Shown here piece after piece: positions 28,602-37,985 of a stretch of 64,000 nt of DNA. The position numbers and the translations under genes are program-made. The first letter of the stretch is position 1. The number at the start of each line of letters is the position of its first letter. Source of the DNA: an uncultured Acidobacteriota bacterium (GTDB lineage Bacteria > Acidobacteriota > Thermoanaerobaculia > Multivoradales > UBA5704); NCBI GenBank assembly GCA_963770895.1, contig CAVYRF010000002.1, positions 2,880,001 to 2,944,000 of the forward strand, in the 5' to 3' direction. The notes below the pieces were generated by a model. It was not told the DNA's origin, did not search any database, and saw only the letters and a list, made by a program, of their open reading frames with translations.

Positions 28602-29540
28602 ATGGACAGACGACACGACGTGGTGGCCGAGCTGGAGTGGGCGAGCAAGGGGTTCGGCGCGGTCAAGGCGGTTGCGGAGCTCGACTTCGAAGTGCGGGCG
28701 GGCGAGGTGGTGGCGCTGCTGGGACCGAACGGCGCCGGCAAGACGACGACGGTGCGGCTGTTGATGGGCCTGGTGCGGCCGAGCGCCGGTGCGGCGCGGG
28801 CGTTCGGGCTGGACCCGTCAAAGCCGGCGGCGCGGATGCGGATGGGCGCCATGCTGCAGGTATCCAAGGTGCCCGAAACGCTCAAGGTGCGCGAGCACAT
28901 CGAGCTGTTTTCCAGCTACTACCCGCGGCCGCTGCCGTTTGCCGAGGTGGTGGCGGCGGCCGGCCTGGGCGGTCTCGAAGAGCGCTACTTTGGCAAGCTG
29001 TCCGGCGGCCAGCGCCAGCGGGTGCTGTTCGCGCTGGCGATCTGCGGCGATCCGCAGCTGCTGTTCCTGGACGAGCCGAGCGCGGCGCTCGACGTCGAAG
29101 CGCGGCGTTCGCTCTGGGACCGCATCGAGGCGCGGCGGCGGGCCGGCGGTTCGGTGCTGCTGACCACCCACAACCTGGAAGAGGCGGACCGCCTGGCGGA
29201 CCGCATCGTGCTGCTCGACCGCGGCCGCGTGCTGGCCGAGGGGACGCCGGCGCAGATCAAGGCGCGGGTGGCCGGCCGCACGGTGCGGGCGCGTACGACG
29301 CTCGGCAGGGCCGACCTGGAACGGCTGCCCGGCCTGCTGGCGGTGCGTCACGAGGCGGAGGAACACGTCGAGCTGCTGGCCGCCGAACCGGAGCGGCTGG
29401 TGGCGGCGCTGCTCGCCGCCGATCCGGCGCTGAGCGAGCTGGAAGTGCGCGGTGTCGGCCTGGAGGAAGCCTTTCTGGCCCTGACCTGCGGCCTGGCCGC
29501 GGGGGATGAAGCGCGGCGCGACAAGGAGGTGGCGGCATGA
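28602..29540 (+). CDS. ABC-2 exporter ATP-binding subunit (YvfR-like)
   Basis: GPNGAGKTT, LSGGQRQR, LFLDEP; GGAGG RBS. Confidence 0.92.
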   Translation: MDRRHDVVAELEWASKGFGAVKAVAELDFEVRAGEVVALLGPNGAGKTTTVRLLMGLVRPSAGAARAFGLDPSKPAARMRMGAMLQVSKVPETLKVREHIELFSSYYPRPLPFAEVVAAAGLGGLEERYFGKLSGGQRQRVLFALAICGDPQLLFLDEPSAALDVEARRSLWDRIEARRRAGGSVLLTTHNLEEADRLADRIVLLDRGRVLAEGTPAQIKARVAGRTVRARTTLGRADLERLPGLLAVRHEAEEHVELLAAEPERLVAALLAADPALSELEVRGVGLEEAFLALTCGLAAGDEARRDKEVAA

Positions 29541-30364
29541 GCTCTCAGACGGTGGTGATGAACGCCGGCGGCGTTGCCCCGGGGCCGGCCCCGGCGAGCC
29601 GGCGGCTGGCCCGGATCTACTGGCTGGAGGCGAAGTCGGAGGCGCTCAAGACGTTGCGCCTGCCGGCGTACCTGGCGCCGATGTTCGCCTTTCCGATCAT
29701 GTTCTACCTGCTGTTCGGCGTGGCGATGAACCCCGGCGCCGGGGTCGGTGGCGTGCCCATCGCCGTGTACCTGCTGGCGACCTATGGGGTGTGGGGCGTG
29801 CTGAACGTGTCGCTGTTCGGGTTCGGCGTCGGCGTCGCGGCCGAGCGCGGGCAGGGGTGGCTGCTGCTCAAGCGCTCGACCCCCATGCCGCCGCTGGCCA
29901 ACCTGGTAGGACGCTTGGCAAGCTGCGCCGTGTTCTGTGCCGCGGTGGTGGCGGTGCTGTTCGCGGTCGGCGTGACGGTAGGGCACGTGCGGCTGCCGGC
30001 GCCGACGATGCTGGCGCTGGGCGCGGTGCTGGTGAGCGGCACGCTGCCGTTTGCCGCCTTCGGTCTGGCGGTGGGCTATTGGGCGGGGCCCAACTCGGCG
30101 TCGATGGTGTGCAACCTGCTGGCACTGCCGATCTCCTTCGCCTCGGGCCTGTGGATTCCGTTCCGCATGCTGCCGCGGGCCATGCAGAGCGTGGCGCACG
30201 CCCTGCCGGCCTATCACTTCGCGCAGCTGGCGCTGGGGGTGGTGGGCGCCGCCAACAGCCAGCCCATCGCGTGGAGCCTGCTCTACCTGGGCGGCTTCAC
30301 CGTCGGGATGCTGCTCCTGGCGCGGCTGGGCTATCAGCGCGACGAAGGGCGCACGTTCGGCTGA
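29537..30364 (+). CDS. ABC-2 exporter permease (YvfS-like)
   Basis: Six TMs, ERGQGW, SGLWIP; ATGA overlap with the ATPase. Confidence 0.9.
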   Translation: MSSQTVVMNAGGVAPGPAPASRRLARIYWLEAKSEALKTLRLPAYLAPMFAFPIMFYLLFGVAMNPGAGVGGVPIAVYLLATYGVWGVLNVSLFGFGVGVAAERGQGWLLLKRSTPMPPLANLVGRLASCAVFCAAVVAVLFAVGVTVGHVRLPAPTMLALGAVLVSGTLPFAAFGLAVGYWAGPNSASMVCNLLALPISFASGLWIPFRMLPRAMQSVAHALPAYHFAQLALGVVGAANSQPIAWSLLYLGGFTVGMLLLARLGYQRDEGRTFG

Positions 30365-30396
30365 GCGGCGCGGTACCGCGGTACCATGGAGAAGCC

Positions 30397-31599
30397 ATGC
30401 GACGACTGCTGCCTTGCGACCCGCACATCGCCTGGACGCCCTACGTCTGGCTGGCCTACCTGGGTCTCTTCCTGCTGGTGCCGGCGATGCGCCACGCCGG
30501 CCCGCTGGAATGGACGCTGGACCTGATCGCGGTGGCGGTGTTTCTGGTGCTGTACTTCACCGGCTACTGGGTGTCGGGGGGGCGGCTGGTGCTGATCGCG
30601 GCGGCGATCTTCGCGATCGGCGCCGCGTTCGCTCCCAGCAATGCCAACGCCTCGGTGTTTTGCGTCTACGCCGCCGCCTTTGCCGGCCGGTTCGCGCCGG
30701 CGCGCCGCGCGCTCCAGGCCATCGGGGTGCTGGTGGCGCTGGAGGCGATCGAAAGCCTGGCGCTGCACCTGCCGGCCGACTTCTGGGTGTCCGCAATGGC
30801 CTTCACCATGCTGATCGGCGGCCTGTGCATGCACCAGGCCGAGCTGCGGCGGGCGGCCCAGCGGCTTGCCGAGTCGCAGGCCGAGGTGCAGCAGCTGGTG
30901 CGCATCGCCGAGCGCGAACGCATCGCCCGCGACCTGCACGATCTGCTGGGCCACACCCTGTCGCTGATCGCGCTCAAGGCCGAGCTGGCGGGCAAGCTGC
31001 TGGCGATCTCGCCGGAGCGTGCCGCGGCGGAGATCCGCGACGTCGAAACCGTCACCCGCGACGCCCTGCGCGAGGTGCGCGCCGCCATCGGCGGTTACCG
31101 CTCCGAGGGGCTGCCGGCCGAGCTCGCGCGGGCGCGCCTGGTCCTGGAAGCGGCCGGGGTGCGGCCCGAATATTTCATCATGCCGCTCGCCCTTCCGGCC
31201 GCGGCTGAAGCCGCGCTGGCCCTGGCGGTGCAGGAAGCGGTGACCAACGTCGTCCGCCACGCCGGCGCCGCGGTGTGCAGCATTACGCTCGAGCGCCGCG
31301 AGGGCGCCGTGCGGCTGGAGATCGCCGACGACGGCCGCGGCGGCGCCGCCGCCGCGGTGGCCGGTGCGGCCGGCGCGGGGATGGGTCTGCGCGCCATGCG
31401 CGAGCGCCTGGCGGGGCTCGGCGGCCAGTTTGAGATCAGCGCGGTCGGCGAGGCCGGCGGCACCCGTCTGGTTATCACCTTGCCATACCGCGACCCGGCG
31501 GCGGGGGTGGGCGTAAAGGCGGCGGCGGCCGAGGCCGCGGTGCGCCTGGCGGAGGCGGGAGCGGTGGCGCCTCGCCTGGCGCCGGAGCGCGCCCGGTGA
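30397..31599 (+). CDS. DesK-like membrane sensor histidine kinase (HisKA_3)
   Basis: TMs, ERERIARDLHDLLGHTLS, EAVTNVVRH, DDGRG, GMGLRAMRERL. Confidence 0.93.
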   Translation: MRRLLPCDPHIAWTPYVWLAYLGLFLLVPAMRHAGPLEWTLDLIAVAVFLVLYFTGYWVSGGRLVLIAAAIFAIGAAFAPSNANASVFCVYAAAFAGRFAPARRALQAIGVLVALEAIESLALHLPADFWVSAMAFTMLIGGLCMHQAELRRAAQRLAESQAEVQQLVRIAERERIARDLHDLLGHTLSLIALKAELAGKLLAISPERAAAEIRDVETVTRDALREVRAAIGGYRSEGLPAELARARLVLEAAGVRPEYFIMPLALPAAAEAALALAVQEAVTNVVRHAGAAVCSITLERREGAVRLEIADDGRGGAAAAVAGAAGAGMGLRAMRERLAGLGGQFEISAVGEAGGTRLVITLPYRDPAAGVGVKAAAAEAAVRLAEAGAVAPRLAPERAR

Positions 31600-32198
31600 T
31601 CCGGGTGCTGCTCGCCGAGGATCAGTCGCTGGTCCTCGGCGCCCTGGCGGCGCTCCTCGACCTGGAAGCGGACATCGAAGTGGTGGCGCGGGCGCGCGAC
31701 GGCCGCGAGGCGCTGCGCCTGGCCGAGGAGTCGGCGCCCGACGTGGTGCTCACCGACATCGAGATGCCCGAGATGAGCGGCCTGGACCTGGCCGCCGAGC
31801 TGCGGCGCCGCGGCAACCCGGCGCGCGTCGTGATCGTCACCACCTTCGCGCGCAGCGGCTACCTGCAGCGCGCGCTGGCCGCCGGCGTCGCCGGCTACCT
31901 GCTCAAGGATTCGCCCGCCGAGCGTCTGGCCGACGCGGTGCGGCGCGTGCACGCCGGTTTGCGGGCCATCGACCCGGAGCTTGCCACCTCGGCCTGGGAG
32001 GAGCCCGACCCGCTCACCGAGCGCGAGCGCCAGGTCCTCCGCCTGGCGGGCGTCGGGCTCTCCACCGCCGCCGTGGCGGGCCAGCTCCACCTGTCCGAAG
32101 GGACCGTGCGCAACTACCTGTCCGAAGCCATCGGCAAGCTGCACGCCACCAACCGCGTCGACGCCGCGCGCATCGCCCGCGACCGGGGCTGGCTCTGA
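31596..32198 (+). CDS. DesR-like NarL/LuxR response regulator
   Basis: REC domain (LAEDQ, DIEMP) and LuxR HTH (LTERERQVL...GTVRNYLS). Confidence 0.95.
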   Translation: MIRVLLAEDQSLVLGALAALLDLEADIEVVARARDGREALRLAEESAPDVVLTDIEMPEMSGLDLAAELRRRGNPARVVIVTTFARSGYLQRALAAGVAGYLLKDSPAERLADAVRRVHAGLRAIDPELATSAWEEPDPLTERERQVLRLAGVGLSTAAVAGQLHLSEGTVRNYLSEAIGKLHATNRVDAARIARDRGWL

Positions 32199-33328
32199 CC
32201 GCTGCAGAGGGCGCGTGCCTGCGGGTCTGGCGGGCCGACCGCGGCGACGCCCGGCAGCGGCTCGACCTGGCCCTGGTGCGCCACCTGGCTGGCGTGGAGG
32301 AGGCCTCCCGCAGCCGGCTGCAAGGTTGGATCGGCGCCGGGCAGGTGCGGGTCAACGGTCGGGTCGCGCGGCGGGCGGCCGAGAGGCTGGCGGTGGGGGA
32401 CCAGGTGGAGGTGGTGCTGCCGGCGCCGCCGCCGGCGCGCCAGCCGCCGGTGGCGCAGCCGCTGCCGCTCGCCATCCTCTACGAAGACCAGCACCTTTTG
32501 GTGTTGGACAAGCCGGCGGGCCTGGTCGTGCATCCCGCCTGCGGCCATCGCGACGGCACGCTGGTCAACGCCGTCGCCTGGCATCTGCTCGCCGGCGCTG
32601 GCGACGGCAGCAATGGTGACGGCAGCAATGGTGACGGCAGCAATGGCGACGCCGGCGGCGGCAGCGCCAGCGACCCGGAAGAGGGCGCGTCGGCGGCCGA
32701 GATGCGGCCGGGCCTGGTCAGCCGCCTGGACCGCGACACCTCGGGAGTCCTGCTGGTGGCCAAGACCCGAGCCGCCCACGCCGGCCTGGCGCGGGCGGTG
32801 GCGGTGCGCACGCTGCGCAAGGACTACCTGGCCGTGGTCTACGGCCGGGCGCCGCTCAGCAAGGGCCGCATCGAGCTGCGGTTGCAGCGCGATCCCGGCG
32901 ACCGCCGCCGCATGGTGGCGACGCGCGGCGAGGGGCTGACCGCGGTCACCCTCTACGAGCTGCTGGCCGAAGCGGGTTCGCCGGGCGACGGCGGCTGGCT
33001 GTCGCTGCTCGCGTGCCGGCTGGTGACCGGCCGCACCCACCAGATCCGCGTGCACCTGGCGGCCAGCGGCCTGCCGATCGTCGGCGACCGCATCTACGGC
33101 GAGCCGCGCCACCGCGGTATCGGCGATCCGGCGCTCGCCGCCCTCTGCCGCGACTTTCCGCGCCAGGCCCTGCACGCCTGGCGGCTCACCCTGCGCCACC
33201 CCGTCGGCGGTCAGACGCTCGCTTTCGAGGCCCCCCTGCCGGCCGATCTGCGCCGCCTGTGCGCCGGCGCCAGCGCCGCTGCGGACGGCGGCGCGCGGGA
33301 TGCCTGGATGCCTGCCCTCGACGGCTGA
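32195..33328 (+). CDS. rluD: RluA/RluD-family pseudouridine synthase with S4 domain
   Basis: S4 motif RLDLALVRHL...SRSRLQGWI, DKPAGLVVHP, SRLDRDTSG, TGRTHQIRVH, RQALHA. The first standard start (GTG 32276) falls inside the S4 motif, so CTG 32195 is proposed. Confidence 0.85.
   Translation: MTAAEGACLRVWRADRGDARQRLDLALVRHLAGVEEASRSRLQGWIGAGQVRVNGRVARRAAERLAVGDQVEVVLPAPPPARQPPVAQPLPLAILYEDQHLLVLDKPAGLVVHPACGHRDGTLVNAVAWHLLAGAGDGSNGDGSNGDGSNGDAGGGSASDPEEGASAAEMRPGLVSRLDRDTSGVLLVAKTRAAHAGLARAVAVRTLRKDYLAVVYGRAPLSKGRIELRLQRDPGDRRRMVATRGEGLTAVTLYELLAEAGSPGDGGWLSLLACRLVTGRTHQIRVHLAASGLPIVGDRIYGEPRHRGIGDPALAALCRDFPRQALHAWRLTLRHPVGGQTLAFEAPLPADLRRLCAGASAAADGGARDAWMPALDG
32600..32650 (+). repeat. In-frame 15-bp tandem repeat, about three copies (GDGSN)
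   Basis: GGCGACGGCAGCAAT GGTGACGGCAGCAAT GGTGACGGCAGCAAT GGCGAC. Confidence 0.9.
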
Positions 33329-33344
33329 GGCGGCGGTGCTCCCT

Positions 33345-33379
33345 GCCGGGAGTGCCGGGCCAGGCGACAGCCCCGGCCG
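33345..33379. repeat. REP-like intergenic repeat, copy 2
   Basis: GCCGGGAGTGCCGGGCCAGGCGACAGCCCCGGCCG, matching 17194-17228. Confidence 0.7.
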
Positions 33380-33491
33380 ATCTGCCGGTTGGCAACGCCG
33401 CGCTTCAGCGTGGAGCCTGGCATGGCTTGCCTGTTTGCCGGATGCGGACCGGCTGCGGCGGGCGCCGGCAGCGCGTGAGAGAATTACGCCG

Positions 33492-34202
33492 ATGCAGAAC
33501 CCGCCTTTTGAGGTCCGCCTGTCTCTGGCCGGCTGGAGTCTTCTTTGGGTGCGGCTCCGCCTGGCGCCGGCGGCCGACGGCGTAGAGGCGCCGGCGGCAG
33601 GCGGAGCGAGCGGCGCCGATCGGCTGGCCGACGGCTTGGTGTCGGTGCGGGCGCAGGTGGCGGCGCGGGCGCGCCAGCGGTTGGGTGGCGACGCAGGACG
33701 CCTGGCGCAGGAGCCCGTGCCGGCGGCGGTGCGGGCGCTGTTCCGGGCTGCCGGATGCGATCCGACGCGCTACCGCCCATCGTCCGAGGCGCTGCTGCGG
33801 CGGCTGCTGAAGGGCGAGGAGCTGCCGGTCATCCAACCCCTGGTGGACCTGAACAACTGCCTGTCGGTGCAGCTGGCCGTGCCGTGCGGCATGGTGGCCG
33901 GCGACATCCTGGCCCCCCCGGTCGAGCTGCGCGCCGGCACGCCGGGGGAGGAATTCGCGTCGCTGCGCGGCCCCTTCAACCTGGCCGGCAAGCCGCTGCT
34001 GGCGGACGCCGGAGGCCCGCTCGGCACGCCGATCACCGACGGCGAGCGCGGCCAGATCCGCGCCGCAACCCGGCACGCCTGGCTGATCGCCTACCTGCCG
34101 GCCGCCCTCATCCCGCCTGAGGCGGCCCTCACCTGCCTGCAAACGCTGCTCGCCGCCGCCCCTGTGGCAACCGTGGAGCTGGCCGCCGCCTCGCCGGGCT
34201 GA
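33492..34202 (+). CDS. Stand-alone B3/4 (PheT editing-like) domain protein
   Basis: LFRAAGCDPTRYRPSSEALLRR, LVDLNNCLS, LADAGGPLGTPITD. Confidence 0.85.
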   Translation: MQNPPFEVRLSLAGWSLLWVRLRLAPAADGVEAPAAGGASGADRLADGLVSVRAQVAARARQRLGGDAGRLAQEPVPAAVRALFRAAGCDPTRYRPSSEALLRRLLKGEELPVIQPLVDLNNCLSVQLAVPCGMVAGDILAPPVELRAGTPGEEFASLRGPFNLAGKPLLADAGGPLGTPITDGERGQIRAATRHAWLIAYLPAALIPPEAALTCLQTLLAAAPVATVELAAASPG

Positions 34203-34208
34203 TCCGCC

Positions 34209-34463
34209 GTGCCTTTCGTCTACCTGCTGCGTTGCAGCGACGGCACCTTCTATGCCGGTGCTGCCGTCGACGTGGCGCGGCGGCTGGCAGCGCACCTCGC
34301 GGGGCGGGCCTCGCGCTACACGCGCGGCCGGCTCCCGGTCGAGCTGGCCTGGTGCCAGGAGGTCGACAGCTGGGGCGCCGCGCTGCGCCTGGAGCGGCGC
34401 ATCAAGCGCCTGCAACGCCCCGCCAAGGAACGGCTGGTCGCCGCCGGCCACCCGGTGGTCTAG
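34209..34463 (+). CDS. Small GIY-YIG nuclease (UPF0213-like)
   Basis: FVYLLRCSDGTFYAG...RRLAAH..GRASRYTRGRLPVEL...ALRLERRIKRL. Confidence 0.88.
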   Translation: MPFVYLLRCSDGTFYAGAAVDVARRLAAHLAGRASRYTRGRLPVELAWCQEVDSWGAALRLERRIKRLQRPAKERLVAAGHPVV

Positions 34464-35527
34464 CGGGCGGTGGTCTGGCCGGGCTCGTACTTCCAGGCGG
34501 TCAGGGTGCTGGCGCCGTCGGCGAAGCGGGTGTCGACGTAATCGGCAAAGTCGATGCGGCGGTCCAGGACGCCGGCCTGGATCATGAGGTCGCGCACCAG
34601 GTCGAAGTCGCCCTTACGCGGTGCCAGGCGGGTGTAGACGACGCGTTGCAGGTCGCGGGTGAGGGCCCAGCGCAGCAGGTCCGGCGGCTGGCTGTAGTAG
34701 TAGCGGCCGACAAAATCGGCGGCGTCGTCGCGGTGGGGGCGCCCCTGGTCCAGCCACAGGCCGGAGCGGGCGATACCGTCCACCAGCACCTGCACGGCCT
34801 GCGGGCGGCGATCGATCAGGTCGTCGCGCACCACCAGCACGCACGACATGTAGTCGGGCCAGTACTCCTGGGCCTTGAACAGCGTGCGGCCGAAGCCCGC
34901 GATCTCGGCTTGCGAGGGGAATGGCTCGCCCATCGAGAAGGCGTCGATGGCCGCCACGGCGAGCGCGCCCACCACGTCGGGCGGCGCCATCTCGACGATG
35001 TGCACGTCCTTGCGGCTCAGGCCGTGCTGCGCCAGGGCGCGCAGCAGGATGAGGTATTCGTCCGAGAAGCGGCTGGGGATGGCGATGGTCTTGCCGGCCA
35101 GGTCGGCGACCGCATGCACCGGGCCGTCCTTGCGCACCACCACCGCGCTGCCGTAGCGGTGGCCCAGGTAGACCACCTTGATCGGCACCCCCTGGGCGCG
35201 CAGCGCGATGGCGAGCGGCGCCACCAGGAAGCCGGCCTGGATGCGATCGGCGATCAGCGCCTCCTTGATTTCGGGGAAGCCCTGAAACTTCTTCGGGATG
35301 AAAAGGTTCCCATCCAGCGAATAGTGCGAAATGTAATCGGTCACCGGACAGGTGAGGTGGCAGGTGACCGGGATGTAGGCGACGTTGAGCTTGCGCTGCC
35401 CGGCCGGCCGCCATTCGTTGAGCAGTGCCGACCAGTTGACGTTCAGCCACAGGTGCGCCGCGGTGACGGCCACCAGCCACACGGCAATCAGGGCGAACAC
35501 CACCCGCCGCGGCCGGCGCGCGCTCAC
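34460..35527 (-). CDS. ABC substrate-binding protein, NrtA/CmpA/SsuA-like
   Basis: N-terminal anchor, DLAGKTIAIP, MAPPD, GEPF; GTG overlaps the permease stop. Confidence 0.88.
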   Translation of the reverse strand: MSARRPRRVVFALIAVWLVAVTAAHLWLNVNWSALLNEWRPAGQRKLNVAYIPVTCHLTCPVTDYISHYSLDGNLFIPKKFQGFPEIKEALIADRIQAGFLVAPLAIALRAQGVPIKVVYLGHRYGSAVVVRKDGPVHAVADLAGKTIAIPSRFSDEYLILLRALAQHGLSRKDVHIVEMAPPDVVGALAVAAIDAFSMGEPFPSQAEIAGFGRTLFKAQEYWPDYMSCVLVVRDDLIDRRPQAVQVLVDGIARSGLWLDQGRPHRDDAADFVGRYYYSQPPDLLRWALTRDLQRVVYTRLAPRKGDFDLVRDLMIQAGVLDRRIDFADYVDTRFADGASTLTAWKYEPGQTTAR

Positions 35528-36321
35528 CGCCGCCCCTCCGCCAGGAAACCCCAGCGCACCGGCCGCAGGCGCTCGACGCGGCGCGCCGCCAGGTCCAGCA
35601 GCAGGCCGATGGCGCCGATCAGCAGGATCGCCGCCAGGACCAGGTCGTAGCGCTTGCCGGCGTTGCGCGCGTCGATGATCAGGTAGCCCAGGCCGGAGTC
35701 GATGGCGATCATCTCCGCCGCCACCACCACCAGCCATGCCACGCCGAGCGCCACGCGCAGCCCCACCAGCACCCGCGGCAGCGCCGCCGGCAGCACCACG
35801 CGCGCCAGCACGGCGGCGGGCGACAGGCCGAAATTGCGCGCCGCCTGCACGTACACCCGCGGCACGCTCTGCACGCCGGCCATCGCCGCGACCACGATCG
35901 GGAAGACGGCGGCCAGAAAGATCAGGAACACCGCGGCAACGTTGCTGATGCCGAACAGCACGATGGCGACCGGGATCCAGGCCAGCGGGCTGATCGGCCG
36001 CAGCAGCTGTACCAGCGGATTGCAAACCTTTTCCAGCCGCGCCCACCAACCCATGGCGAGGCCCGCCGGCAGGCCGACCGCGAGCGCCGCGCCGTAGCCG
36101 CCGGCGACCCGCAGCAGCGAGTCCAGCACGTACCTGCCCAGCACGCCGCGGCGGCGCAGCTCGCCGAAGGCGCGCACCACCGCGAGCGGCGGCGGGAACA
36201 CCTTGTGCTGCGCGTGCTCCGCGGCCAGCTGCCAGAGCGCCACCACCGCCGCCGCCGCCGCGACCGGCAGCGCCACGGCCAACAGGCGATCCTGCCAGGG
36301 CGTGCGGTCGGGGTCGGTCAT
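35524..36321 (-). CDS. ABC permease, SsuC/NrtB-like
   Basis: LRPISPLAWIP, EAA-loop QAARNFG, WLVVVAAEMIA..SGLG. Confidence 0.92.
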   Translation of the reverse strand: MTDPDRTPWQDRLLAVALPVAAAAAVVALWQLAAEHAQHKVFPPPLAVVRAFGELRRRGVLGRYVLDSLLRVAGGYGAALAVGLPAGLAMGWWARLEKVCNPLVQLLRPISPLAWIPVAIVLFGISNVAAVFLIFLAAVFPIVVAAMAGVQSVPRVYVQAARNFGLSPAAVLARVVLPAALPRVLVGLRVALGVAWLVVVAAEMIAIDSGLGYLIIDARNAGKRYDLVLAAILLIGAIGLLLDLAARRVERLRPVRWGFLAEGRR

Positions 36322-36345
36322 GTCCGGTCGGTCCTGGCTGCCGCG

Positions 36346-37191
36346 TCAGACCCGGTGCGACAAGCCGATTTCGGCGAAGATGCCGTCGCGCAGCTCCAGG
36401 TAGCGGCGCGAGCTCAGGTCGCGCGGGTGGGGGATGTCGATCTCGACGATCCGCCGCACGCGCGACGGCCGCTGCGACAACACCACCACCCGGTCGGCCA
36501 GCTGCACCGCCTCTTCGATGTCGTGGGTGACAAACAGAATCGTCTTGCGCGCGGCCTCCTGCCAGATCCGCAGCAGCTCCCGCCGCATCGTCAGGCGCGT
36601 GATCGAGTCCAGGGCGCCGAAAGGCTCGTCCATGAACAGCATGTCGGGGTCCACCGCCAGCGCCCGCGCCACTTCGACGCGCTGCTTCATGCCGCCCGAC
36701 AGCTCGTGCGGATAGGCCTCCTGGAACCCTTCCAGGCCGACCAGGCGCACCAGGCGCCCCACCGTCTCTTCCCGCTCCGCCACCGGCCGCCCCGCCAGGC
36801 CGAACGCGATGTTGCCGGCGACCGTCAGCCAGGGAAAGATCCCCTGCTCCTGGAACACCCGGATGCGTCGCGGGTCCGGCCCGCGCACCTGCTCGCCGTC
36901 GATCCGCACGCTGCCGGCGTCGGGCCGCAAGAAGCCGCCGATCACGTTGAGCAACGTCGTCTTGCCGCACCCCGACGCCCCCACCAGGCAGACCAGCTGG
37001 CCCGCGGCCACGGCCAAGTCGACGCCGTCGAGCACCGGCGTCACCGCCCCCCGCGTGCCGAAGGAGACGCGCACCCCGGCGACCTCCAGCTTGACCCGCG
37101 CCGCGTCCGCCGCGCCCGCAACGCCCGGCGCGTCCGCAACGCCCGGCGCGTCCGGCAGGCCCTGCGCCCCGGGACCGGCGGCGCCGCTCAT
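36346..37191 (-). CDS. ABC ATP-binding protein, SsuB/NrtD-like
   Basis: GASGCGKTT, YPHELSGGMKQR, MDEPFGALD, FVTHD. Confidence 0.93.
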   Translation of the reverse strand: MSGAAGPGAQGLPDAPGVADAPGVAGAADAARVKLEVAGVRVSFGTRGAVTPVLDGVDLAVAAGQLVCLVGASGCGKTTLLNVIGGFLRPDAGSVRIDGEQVRGPDPRRIRVFQEQGIFPWLTVAGNIAFGLAGRPVAEREETVGRLVRLVGLEGFQEAYPHELSGGMKQRVEVARALAVDPDMLFMDEPFGALDSITRLTMRRELLRIWQEAARKTILFVTHDIEEAVQLADRVVVLSQRPSRVRRIVEIDIPHPRDLSSRRYLELRDGIFAEIGLSHRV

Positions 37192-37985
37192 CGCGTCCCC
37201 CCTTGCCAGCCCGAATGGCCCCACTGCAGCGCCGGCAGGCGTTCCAGGCGGCGGACCCCCAGGTCGAGCAGCAGCCCCGCCGCACCGATCAGCACCATGC
37301 CCGCCACCACCAGGTCGTAGCGATTGCCGGCGTTGCGGGCATCCACGATCAGGAACCCCAGCCCCGAGCTGACCGCGATCATCTCCGCCGCCACCACCAC
37401 CAGCCAGGCGATGCCGAGCGTCAGCCGCATGCCCAGCACCAGGTCGGGCATCAGTGCCGGCAGGATCACCGCCCGCACCAGCCGCCCCCCCTGCAACCCG
37501 AAGTTGCGCCCCGCCTGGAGATAGACCGGCGGAATCCGCCGCACGCCGTTGCGCACCGCCAGCGTCAGCGGCAGGAACGACGCGACAAAGATGATCGCGA
37601 TCGCCGCCAGGTCGCCCACCCCCAGCCACAGGATCGAAAACGGGATCCACGCCAGCGGCGACACCGGCCGCAGCAGCTCCAGAAGAGGTGTGGCAGCCAT
37701 CTCCCCATATCTGTGCCGCCCCAGCCAGATTCCGACCGGCACCGCCAGCGCCACCGCCGGCACATACCCCCACGTCACCCGGAACAGCGACGCCACCAGG
37801 TGCCGCACCAGCGCCCCCGACCGCGCCAGCTGCACGATCGCCCGCCCCACCTCCAGCGGCCCCGGCAGCAGCCCCCCGGGCGCCGCCCGCACCGCCAGCC
37901 ACCACACCGCCAGCATGCCGCCCAGCCCAGCACACCCCAACACCCAGCCAGGCAGCGAACGCATTCGGGCGGCAGAGGTTTCCAT
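37188..37985 (-). CDS. ABC permease, SsuC/NrtB-like (second paralog)
   Basis: LRPVSPLAWIP, WLVVVAAEMIAVSSGLG. Confidence 0.92.
   Translation of the reverse strand: METSAARMRSLPGWVLGCAGLGGMLAVWWLAVRAAPGGLLPGPLEVGRAIVQLARSGALVRHLVASLFRVTWGYVPAVALAVPVGIWLGRHRYGEMAATPLLELLRPVSPLAWIPFSILWLGVGDLAAIAIIFVASFLPLTLAVRNGVRRIPPVYLQAGRNFGLQGGRLVRAVILPALMPDLVLGMRLTLGIAWLVVVAAEMIAVSSGLGFLIVDARNAGNRYDLVVAGMVLIGAAGLLLDLGVRRLERLPALQWGHSGWQGGTR

Noticed and set aside
23203-28900. Long antisense ORFs (876 aa plus strand, 1012 aa minus strand)
   Set aside because: They mirror mrcB and the ABC-F gene, as expected from strong GC3 bias. Only 25862-26239 is retained.
32600-32650. Tandem repeats as a possible CRISPR or contingency locus (also 37117-37155 and 50932-50971)
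   Set aside because: No spacers and no cas genes. The coding ones are in-frame low-complexity linker expansions.
34209-34463. GIY-YIG protein as a homing endonuclease or mobile intron
   Set aside because: It is an 84-aa stand-alone UPF0213-type protein with no DNA-binding extension and no interrupted host gene.
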